A DNA stretch of 63,738 nt, the filler included. It is 5 parts of 5 records of this genome, joined end to end, with 100 filler letters (N's around TTAATTAATTAA, not from the genome) between each part and the next. Parts side by side here need not be neighbours in the genome. Positions count along the whole stretch, not along the records: positions 17,671 to 35,050 come from SRR31156797_1813; 4 more parts are not named here. The stretch is one strand, 5' to 3'. Shown here in pieces: positions 19,228-27,285 of this stretch; positions within the stretch are counted from its first letter, which is position 1; each line of letters begins with the position of its first letter. A program made the translations under genes and the position numbers. Under the pieces are notes generated by a model. The model was not told the DNA's origin, searched no databases, and was given only the letters and a program-made list of their open reading frames with translations.

Positions 19228-21150
19228 TCATTTGTCTCCTGTTATTTTCATTTTTCTTATTTGCATCATCAATGATAGATTAAAGCATTCGTCATAATCT
19301 GATTTGCTTTTTGCTGATTTTAACAGCTCAGATAAATTTTCATCATAATCATCATTATTATCATTTATACAGCTAAATTTCCCAGTATACTCATCAAATG
19401 ATAAATACGCTGCATAGTGATTACATTCAGGTGCAATTGACGCCTCCCTAAACGGATTATTTACCAATGAAAGCCAATATTTACACACACCCCTCATGTT
19501 CTCACCGTAGGTTTTTGTCATTTCTAATTCGTTGAGCAATGCATCCTCAATCTGTCTTCCACTGAATTTTATAATTCGCTTTGTTGCAGCCATGCGCTTT
19601 TGCTCATTTGATGCACTATTGACAGCATCAATAAATAACGACTGGAATGTACTATCCACAAGAGCAGCAATATCAGCTCCATTCATATACTTTTCTTTTC
19701 TAGCGGCGACAGATAATATATTCTTAACAATACTATCTATTATCCCTGTGCTAAAAGTCTGGAAACAATCCTTTTTTCTAGATAAATGTGATTTGAAGAT
19801 AGCCCAGCATTCAGTCTTAGTTGGCATGAAAACGGAAAACTTCTCATCAAATCTGCCTTTTCTGAGAAATTCAGGTGGCAGATTGTTAACATTGTTGGCT
19901 GTAGCAAATACAAAGCATGGTTTATCTCTGTCTTGAAGCCATGTTAGGAACGAAGAAAAGGCTCTCATAATAGTTTCATTGCTATCCGAGCCTCCGTTTA
20001 CACCTGAAAAGCTTTTTTCTAATTCATCAATCCACAGTATACAGGGGGAAATAGCTTCAGCTAAGGCGATAGCTCGTGATATATTCGCTTCGGATTCACC
20101 TAGGTATTTACCCATCAGAGAACCAATATCCATCTTTACCAATGGAATTCCAAGTATTAATGACATGTTTTTTGCCATTAAGCTCTTTCCTGTGCCTGGT
20201 ATTCCCGATACCAAAACTCCCTTCGGTATATTGATGCCATGCGTCACAGTAGCCGCATAATTCTGAAATAAAGGTTTCTTTGAGCTAATCCATTCAGTTA
20301 AGTACTCAAGACCTGCAATATTCTCAACTTTATTGTCTTTCCACTCAAGTCCACCTCTTTTTTTTAGAATTTGCTTTTTGGACTCTCTGACTTCAGCGAA
20401 TAGAACTTTCGCCTTTTTCATCAATGGATTTTCATGTTTTGAGAAGGATAGTTCAATTGTATTTCTAATATCCGCTTCTCTAAATCCCCGAAATGCCTCT
20501 GCTAGTTCATTAAGCAGAGATGTAGGCATCTCAATATATTCATCTTCCATATTATTACGACAACACTCGCACACTATTTTCTTGACTTCATCAATATCTA
20601 AATGTTTAATTGTGATGATATAAGAGTAGGATTCTATCTCCTTACATATCAATCCATCGGTTGAAGCTATTACAATTAATGTATTGGATTCACCCCTTTG
20701 CTTTGACAGCCCTATATCCTTTAGAGCGTTCAATATCATCACTTGCTCTGTATCTCTGCTGCTATGTTCACTCATTCCTATTAAATCAAAGATATTTCTA
20801 ATATAAATCAGTTGATGAGCATCATCTATTGCGCAGGAACTTAGTTTCTTCAATACTGACCCATTAAGTAATTCTTTGGAAATAGTCTTAGCTTTAAACT
20901 CACGTATTGACGAGCCTGATATTTCATACATATTCTGTTCTTTTATATCCTGAGCAGCATTATCCTTTGTATTATACTTAGGCTTTATTTTTATAGTGTA
21001 ATCCCCTCTATAGCTTTCTCTGTATTTATATGAGGATACTACACTTTGTATATCTGTTTCACTCTCACATTGTATAACAACAAATGCAATTCCACTGTCA
21101 TCAAGAGTGGCCATTTTTTCACTAGCATCATATATAGCCTTCATATTCAC
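19228..21150 (-). CDS. AAA+ ATPase, Ycf46/SpoVK-like
   Basis: Walker A GIPGTGKS, pore loop GKYLGESE, Walker B ILWIDE, sensor ATAN, SRH LPPEFLRKGRFD; ATGA overlap with the upstream gene. Confidence 0.9.
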   Translation of the reverse strand: MNMKAIYDASEKMATLDDSGIAFVVIQCESETDIQSVVSSYKYRESYRGDYTIKIKPKYNTKDNAAQDIKEQNMYEISGSSIREFKAKTISKELLNGSVLKKLSSCAIDDAHQLIYIRNIFDLIGMSEHSSRDTEQVMILNALKDIGLSKQRGESNTLIVIASTDGLICKEIESYSYIITIKHLDIDEVKKIVCECCRNNMEDEYIEMPTSLLNELAEAFRGFREADIRNTIELSFSKHENPLMKKAKVLFAEVRESKKQILKKRGGLEWKDNKVENIAGLEYLTEWISSKKPLFQNYAATVTHGINIPKGVLVSGIPGTGKSLMAKNMSLILGIPLVKMDIGSLMGKYLGESEANISRAIALAEAISPCILWIDELEKSFSGVNGGSDSNETIMRAFSSFLTWLQDRDKPCFVFATANNVNNLPPEFLRKGRFDEKFSVFMPTKTECWAIFKSHLSRKKDCFQTFSTGIIDSIVKNILSVAARKEKYMNGADIAALVDSTFQSLFIDAVNSASNEQKRMAATKRIIKFSGRQIEDALLNELEMTKTYGENMRGVCKYWLSLVNNPFREASIAPECNHYAAYLSFDEYTGKFSCINDNNDDYDENLSELLKSAKSKSDYDECFNLSLMMQIRKMKITGDK

Positions 21151-21908
21151 AACCTTCCAATCACTAATTCTGCATTGTTCTTGAAACTACAATTATTAAG
21201 AATAATATTATTTAAGTCACTTGGGACAATAAAACTGCATTTATTAGTAGAGTCAATTATTACTGAATCAAAGGTTAATTTCAATTGATCAATTTTGATT
21301 TTTTGGGAAGGATAACATTTCATTATTATTTCTGGACTCCCATAACCAATAAAAGATATATTTGACATATTAATATCCATGTCATATGGCTCTCCTAAAT
21401 CACATAAAAAAATATTAAACTGCTTATTGCAAAAGCTGTTTTTGCTTGTCAGTTTAAAATATCTCTTTTTAATAATCTCAATTGCATTATCTAGGTCGGT
21501 TTGTGATGTTACCACCATGTCCCATTCGATATTATCATCAAACATACTATCCACGTACCACGAAGTAGTTTTTATTAGCTCAATCTTGTTCTTCGCTTTT
21601 TTTGATATTGGTTTCCTGCTTCTTGCAACTTTTTCCATCTGGTAGCTTCTTTCAATATTACATAAAGAACATAATGCATCAATATAGCTGCCAATACTTT
21701 CGTCACTATAATTTTTTGACAACAGACTAATTGCATTGTCGCTTATAGAACTAGTGTTTTTTTGCTTCAACCAGTTAACCAAAGTTCCAGACAATAGCCT
21801 TTGCCATAATTCTTCAAATAAGCTTTCTTTATTTGATGTTTTAATAAAAGCATATTGCAGCTCATCAATTGTATCAATACGTTTATTGTTAATAAACAGC
21901 CGCTTCAT
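21147..21908 (-). CDS. Hypothetical protein
   Basis: 253 aa, RBS GGAGGGG; motifs IDTIDELQ..SGTLVNWL and VVTSQTDLD..IFLC..FIGYG; coupled to the AAA gene. Confidence 0.75.
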   Translation of the reverse strand: MKRLFINNKRIDTIDELQYAFIKTSNKESLFEELWQRLLSGTLVNWLKQKNTSSISDNAISLLSKNYSDESIGSYIDALCSLCNIERSYQMEKVARSRKPISKKAKNKIELIKTTSWYVDSMFDDNIEWDMVVTSQTDLDNAIEIIKKRYFKLTSKNSFCNKQFNIFLCDLGEPYDMDINMSNISFIGYGSPEIIMKCYPSQKIKIDQLKLTFDSVIIDSTNKCSFIVPSDLNNIILNNCSFKNNAELVIGRL

Positions 21909-21954
21909 TTACTCCCCTCCAATTACTATATTAACTTATTATAATCATAAAACT

Positions 21955-21994
21955 CCATGCTATACAATCTAATTCTCGTAGACTGATAGCATGG
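21955..21994 (-). terminator. Internal stem-loop between the Hsp70-like gene and the downstream module
   Basis: CCATGCTAT...ATAGCATGG with an inner TCTA/TAGA pairing; followed by AGTTTT on the minus strand. Confidence 0.5.
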
Positions 21995-22056
21995 TTTAAA
22001 TTGTATCTATATCTTACTGTATTATATCCCATTGGTTTTCACAACTATAATCAAGC

Positions 22057-24036
22057 TTAGTTTATTAAACCAAGGTTATATAGTGCATTCTCTTTTTTAC
22101 TATCAAGTTCTGTTTTAATTGCACTAAATACATCATAAACCAAAGCCTCCATATAAACTTCACTTGTGAATACTTCATAGAGCCATTCATATGCATTAGT
22201 TTGTATTTGATTAATTAATTTAATTGCAGTATCCTGATCTATTTTCTGAGCCCTGAATATCTTTAATCCATTTCCTAAATTAGCAAAACTACTATTTAAT
22301 GACTTTATCTCATTAAACAGTTGTGATTTAACATTGTTTTTCAGTAAATCTCTAGTAGGATTAACCAAGATACTGTCCAATGTATTATCTGTAAACAATT
22401 CAATAAACAGACCATTCTTAACATATAAATCTCTAAACATCTCGTTCACTTTATCCTTGATGTTGTTTCGATAATCCTTGACACCTTTCTCATAGATTTC
22501 AATCATCTTCGTATCCATCCATTCTTTGAACTTTGCAGCAGCTACATTAATTATAGATTCGCTCCTTATATCCATTTCCAGCCATTTTACTAATGCATCT
22601 GCAATAACTTTACCTTCCATTACAGCAATTTCCTCTATTACATCCTGCAAAAGCAGTCCATAGCTCTCAATTGTAATATGCAATAACTCAGACTGTACAT
22701 CGCCATCTGAATCAACTACTATATTCCCATTCTCATCCTTATGCGGCATCTCCAAAATCTCATCAAAGGCTTTATCAAACTCCTTTGACCTTAATAATGA
22801 TGGTCCCCAGTAAGTAAGTCCTTGAGCTATGGTTGTTGATGGATTTGTATCAAAGCTTGCTTTACAATTTGGAAAATATTCTATAATCGCATCTCTGACA
22901 AAGTCCATTTGCGATGCTCCCCCAGTCAATACCATCAATGCACCTTCTTTTTCTGCATATGCACTATGTTCATTTTTAACATGCTCTAAGAATCGATTAT
23001 TTCTTTCTATCCAGGATTGATTGCCGATATCTTCCTTTGTAAAGTCACTCATATCATTAAAATGTGGTACAACATCCTTTATTGGTGAGTTTAATATTTT
23101 GTCCATCATTGTTTCATTCATGTACAACGTAATGCTAGCTCTCTTTTCTCCCCAGTCAATCTCCAATGGCAGTGGTTTGTTTATCGTAGATGTATTCAGT
23201 TGAAAACCACCTTGCTTTCGAACATTGAAATGTAATTCTTTCAATCTTCTTGTACTCAAAATCATCCAGTTTCTAAATGGTTCATCTGTTTCATACTTTT
23301 CCTGTACTTTTTTCAGAAGCTGATGTGAATTGTAATCCTCCTTTTTATCAAACATCTCTGACTGATATAGCATTGCATACAACATAGCGTTTTCTATGAA
23401 TGCTGCACCTAATGCACAACCATATGCACTTACTTCTGTAGTATTTTGGCTTGGTGTAATAAATGTAGCATCTAATGTTGATGAACCATAATCAAGCAGT
23501 AATACACCAGCTTCAATTGACTTAATGCTTACAGCAGATAATGCCTTATCATAGTATGCTAAGGCCGCTGTTGACTCATCACAGATTCGCGCATCATTTA
23601 GTCCAGCTTCTTTAAATATCTCCAAGTACATATCTTTTAGATTGCCATCTTTGTGCTGCCACTCTGATGGGCATCCAATAAACCAAATAGGTTCACATGT
23701 GTTGTCAAAATATTGTGGTACCTCTTTACGAACCTCATCATGAATAATACCTATAAATTCTTTTATTGTTTCATCATTTCCTGATCCTGGTGTTGATTTG
23801 AAATTGATATTGAAGCTTTTTACTCTCTTTAAATTAGAATAGTCAATATCAAATAAAGCATTACCATACATATAACTTCCTTCATTTGTTTTTGCATACC
23901 CTGATAACTGAGTCTCTGGAGTAAAAACAGATTTTGGATTTGTATCTTCGCTATGTGGTAACAAAAAATATACGGAAAACTCTCCATCACCTGAATCAAG
24001 ACCGAACACAACTGTATTTTCTTTAATTTTTGACAT
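22057..24036 (-). CDS. Divergent Hsp70/actin-fold ATPase with a helical C-terminus
   Basis: FGLDSGDGE, IGCPSEW, DESTAALAYY, LLDYGSSTLD, LGAAFIE, VLTGGASQM and IAQGL correspond to the Hsp70 phosphate-1, connect-1, phosphate-2, adenosine and connect-2 motifs; no recognisable DnaK substrate-binding domain. Confidence 0.85.
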   Translation of the reverse strand: MSKIKENTVVFGLDSGDGEFSVYFLLPHSEDTNPKSVFTPETQLSGYAKTNEGSYMYGNALFDIDYSNLKRVKSFNINFKSTPGSGNDETIKEFIGIIHDEVRKEVPQYFDNTCEPIWFIGCPSEWQHKDGNLKDMYLEIFKEAGLNDARICDESTAALAYYDKALSAVSIKSIEAGVLLLDYGSSTLDATFITPSQNTTEVSAYGCALGAAFIENAMLYAMLYQSEMFDKKEDYNSHQLLKKVQEKYETDEPFRNWMILSTRRLKELHFNVRKQGGFQLNTSTINKPLPLEIDWGEKRASITLYMNETMMDKILNSPIKDVVPHFNDMSDFTKEDIGNQSWIERNNRFLEHVKNEHSAYAEKEGALMVLTGGASQMDFVRDAIIEYFPNCKASFDTNPSTTIAQGLTYWGPSLLRSKEFDKAFDEILEMPHKDENGNIVVDSDGDVQSELLHITIESYGLLLQDVIEEIAVMEGKVIADALVKWLEMDIRSESIINVAAAKFKEWMDTKMIEIYEKGVKDYRNNIKDKVNEMFRDLYVKNGLFIELFTDNTLDSILVNPTRDLLKNNVKSQLFNEIKSLNSSFANLGNGLKIFRAQKIDQDTAIKLINQIQTNAYEWLYEVFTSEVYMEALVYDVFSAIKTELDSKKENALYNLGLIN

Positions 24037-24046
24037 AATCTACCCC

Positions 24047-24883
24047 TTAATAAATTATTTCTCCTTTTGCCAGCACTTTTTCTTTATAGCATACTGCTGG
24101 AAGAACTACCTCTGGTTTTTCATTCTTTCCTAATCTCTTTACTACAAACATATCTGGTATTTCTGTTTTTATCGTCCCCTCTTCATCAACTTCAAACTTG
24201 TCAATAACGTATATGCCCATACTTGCCAGTTTTGTTATCAGCTCACCCGTCAAGAGTACTTTAGCCTGTCTATCCTCCACATACTGTACTACACTCATCA
24301 TCTTTTGTACCCATTCAGCAAAAGATGAATCTTTTGTAATGTCATGTCCAGCATCAACAGGTCTTGTATAGACTTCAATCAGCCTCATTATCTCTTGTAC
24401 CGATGATTTAATATCCTCTACATTTGTGTTTAGCACTTCATCAGATAAATCAGCTGTCATCTTTACGCTGCATTGTCTCTCATTATCAGTTGATTGCTCA
24501 CTAATCCTCTTGTCAAAGATAAAAAATCTCCCTGCTTCACCTAGTGAAAAGAATAGCACAGCACATCCCACAGTAATCCAGATATTCTTAGAGAGAAAGT
24601 ATCCTCCTAGCCCACCTAATAGGGTAGTTACTAGAGTAATCGCAGGAGATATGAAATGTTTTGCAGGATTTATCACTCTTTCATCAGTCTTTTCTGCAAT
24701 ATAACTCTTTTCATAATCGACCTGGACTGATTCAAGTAATTTCGAATAATCTACAAATATCCCATAGATTTTGTGTATTATTTCTCTTTGCTTTGAATTG
24801 AGTTCTGAATACATTTCTGAATCGTTCCCTACATTCTTAATTAGTTCTGATTCAATACGTGACGCTATTTTTCTTATTTCCAT
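24047..24883 (-). CDS. Membrane protein with a TM hairpin and a GrpE-like C-terminal domain
   Basis: Two hydrophobic helices (aa ~78-122), a helical stalk, then LASMGIYVI...EVVLPAVCYKEKVLAKGEIIY resembling the GrpE head; 10 nt upstream of the Hsp70-like gene. Confidence 0.6.
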   Translation of the reverse strand: MEIRKIASRIESELIKNVGNDSEMYSELNSKQREIIHKIYGIFVDYSKLLESVQVDYEKSYIAEKTDERVINPAKHFISPAITLVTTLLGGLGGYFLSKNIWITVGCAVLFFSLGEAGRFFIFDKRISEQSTDNERQCSVKMTADLSDEVLNTNVEDIKSSVQEIMRLIEVYTRPVDAGHDITKDSSFAEWVQKMMSVVQYVEDRQAKVLLTGELITKLASMGIYVIDKFEVDEEGTIKTEIPDMFVVKRLGKNEKPEVVLPAVCYKEKVLAKGEIIY

Positions 24884-24909
24884 CTTAACCTACCTTTCAC
24901 AAATTTAGT

Positions 24910-25320
24910 TTATTCATCAAGTTTCTTAATCTTATCATTCAAAAATTTGATTTCATTATCAATTTGCTGTACTTTTTCAAGAAGCTTTAAGCGTATTATA
25001 CTTTTCTCATCAATAGCTTCCATTACATCTTCAACAGATGTTAAAGATGATATAGCGGCAATATTCTTGCCTAAATCTATTTCATCCGAATTTGAGAGGT
25101 TGTCATTAGTGCTTGAATTACTAAGCTCTGTTAAAATCTCTGGTGTAACAAATGCACTGTTTTTTACCAAAAACTCCTGTAAATGTCCATCAGATATTCT
25201 ATTTCCCTGTCTACCTGCTCCTTTTATTGAATCTAACCTATTTTCTCTAATCCATCTGCGCACTGTTTCAGGATTGACTTTTAATAGTTCTGCCACATTC
25301 ATTACTGAATAGAATTTCAT
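24910..25320 (-). CDS. Excisionase/MerR-like (HTH_17) DNA-binding protein with a C-terminal coiled coil
   Basis: YSVMNVAELLKVNPETVRRWIRENRL; heptad-rich tail. Confidence 0.85.
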   Translation of the reverse strand: MKFYSVMNVAELLKVNPETVRRWIRENRLDSIKGAGRQGNRISDGHLQEFLVKNSAFVTPEILTELSNSSTNDNLSNSDEIDLGKNIAAISSLTSVEDVMEAIDEKSIIRLKLLEKVQQIDNEIKFLNDKIKKLDE

Positions 25321-25389
25321 TTGCGTGCCTCCTTTTCATTCATTTCTTAATTCTTAACCTCTCTTTTGTATCAACTAACATAGTATGAA

Positions 25390-26499
25390 TTATCCATTCA
25401 CATAGGAATAATTTTTTACAGCATCCTTAGCATTAGTGAATACTTTTTTGATAAATTCAGAAGCTGGTTTTATAGCCTTATTATAAAGGGAATTACAAAA
25501 GTTCGTGATACCTTCTACTATATCCTCTGATACCAATTCCATAGCATCAAATCCTACCAGCAATCCAAGTCCTATACAAATACCAGCTGTTATTGGCCCA
25601 ACAACAATTAGCGGTGCAAGCAGAGATATTACCAATGAAGTCATTGTATACATTACTATAAACTCTACTGCAAGCAGCAACAGGAATTTTACCACTTTTC
25701 CGATTTTTTCTAACAAGCTCGATGCTTTAGCTTCGTCAATTTCATTTGCTACAAGAGCTTGAATAACCTTTGATTTTTCTATACCTGCATTTACGAAAAT
25801 ACTGACTATTGATGCCTCTACATCATTTGGGATGCCTTCAATTGTTCCATTACGAGCATGTGAGAAAACCACAGCTGAAAGTATTGCCTTTTCCTCAGAT
25901 GATTCAAATTTTGCATTTACAATTCTACTTATTTCTGCAGCGCTGGCTCTATTTGTATCATTAACATTTTCAAGCAGTTGTTCATTACCGCTAATCATCA
26001 TAAGTAAACTATCGTCAAAACTCATTATCTCCGCTACTAGTTTATCAATTCTTTCAGCATCATTCACAGATGCATTTGCTTCAACCCTGTCCTTTAACTC
26101 CTGCTCGATTGAGTCTGAATTAATTGTAACATCACCACTTAAAGCCTTTTGAACAGCACTTGCTGAAGATAGCTCTAAAGTGTATTTAATTGTTTCAAGG
26201 CATTTAATGGCCTGTTCAGTAGTCATTTCTTTTATCGAGTTTAAAAAATGCTCTTCTATTTTTACATCAATATCTTCTTCTGACTCAATTGCTTCTGTGA
26301 ATTTTGACGAATTATTAATGAATGCATCTACATTCGTTTCCACTTCCTCATCTGTCATCTCTATCAACTCGCCTTTTAAGTATTCTTTTATAATACTATT
26401 AACATCTTTGCCTTCTTCTTTTTGTTGATACAAAGAATTAGCTTCATTTATTACTTCTTTGTATTCTTCTTCTGTAATCTTCCAGTTCCAATTTCCCAT
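25390..26499 (-). CDS. Acidic helical protein with a C-terminal TM hairpin
   Basis: RBS AAAGGAAG before ATG at 26499 (MGNWNW; 369 aa); long hydrophobic segment KFLLLLAV...GLLVGF followed by an amphipathic tail. Confidence 0.75.
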   Translation of the reverse strand: MGNWNWKITEEEYKEVINEANSLYQQKEEGKDVNSIIKEYLKGELIEMTDEEVETNVDAFINNSSKFTEAIESEEDIDVKIEEHFLNSIKEMTTEQAIKCLETIKYTLELSSASAVQKALSGDVTINSDSIEQELKDRVEANASVNDAERIDKLVAEIMSFDDSLLMMISGNEQLLENVNDTNRASAAEISRIVNAKFESSEEKAILSAVVFSHARNGTIEGIPNDVEASIVSIFVNAGIEKSKVIQALVANEIDEAKASSLLEKIGKVVKFLLLLAVEFIVMYTMTSLVISLLAPLIVVGPITAGICIGLGLLVGFDAMELVSEDIVEGITNFCNSLYNKAIKPASEFIKKVFTNAKDAVKNYSYVNG

Positions 26500-26521
26500 T
26501 TTGCTCTTCCTTTCTTTTGTT

Positions 26522-26580
26522 TTATTACTACTATATGTAGTAATTAATTGTATTATATCGTAGTAATAAGCGCTCGTCAA
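26522..26580 (-). promoter_or_regulatory. Sigma70/SigA promoter with overlapping operator repeats
   Basis: Minus strand TTGACG (26580-26575), 17 nt, TATAAT (26557-26552); ATTACTAC/GTAGTAAT half-sites at 26524, 26537 and 26560. Confidence 0.7.
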
Positions 26581-27112
26581 GTCACTATTAACAAAAAAAT
26601 TAGTCTTGCGTGAAGATTCAATTACATATTCTATTTTGAATGCTTGAATAATAAATCACTCTTATTTTAACATATAAGTAATAATACTACTAGCATGTAA
26701 ACCATATCCATTAATATTGTTAATTATATATATTAATATTAACGTTTTTGATGTTGAGAATCTTAAAAAATAAACATCTTGAATGTTAACAGCAGCGATG
26801 AAATATATAAATTTTTGACAAAAAATGTAGTAATAGGTGGATTTCTAAATACGTATTGATCTCTTAAGAATAATGACTATTGTTAAATATATTATGTAAT
26901 CTACTCAAAAGAAAGCAGCATATTGAGTATTATTCAAGTACTGATTTCGTGTTTACTCAAGTCGTTTGTAACGCAATCAATGCGATTATACGACAATAAC
27001 TCACTATATAGTAGATAATTAAGATAATATCATTATTGTTGTACCAATTGAGTGCATGACTACCTGACATGCACTCTACAATATATAGCGTAAATAACAA
27101 TGAATATGAAGA

Positions 27113-27203
27113 AAACCACAATATATTGTGGTTTCAGACTGTCAAAAAAGTCCCAATCCAGGGACTTTTTTTGACAGTCTGGGCCACACATAGTTATGTG
27201 TGG
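27113..27203. repeat. Three abutting palindromes; the central one is a 47-bp inverted repeat resembling IS ends
   Basis: AAACCACAATATATTGTGGTTT; CAGACTGTCAAAAAAGTCCC-aatcca-GGGACTTTTTTTGACAGTCTG (27135-27181); CCACACATA-gt-TATGTGTGG. Confidence 0.65.
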
Positions 27204-27285
27204 TATTTTTTATTTTATCTTATGCATATGGTAATACATTTTCGGTGTTCTCGTTTTCTACACAGTACAGTTTTACCATATAGCA

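Noticed and set aside
22057-24036. Housekeeping dnaK
   Set aside because: Motifs are strongly divergent, there is no substrate-binding beta domain, and no hrcA/dnaJ context.
24910-25320. HTH_17 protein as the element's excisionase
   Set aside because: It sits inside the cargo operon, has a long coiled-coil tail, and no integrase is adjacent; a regulator role fits better, though an excisionase role is not excluded.
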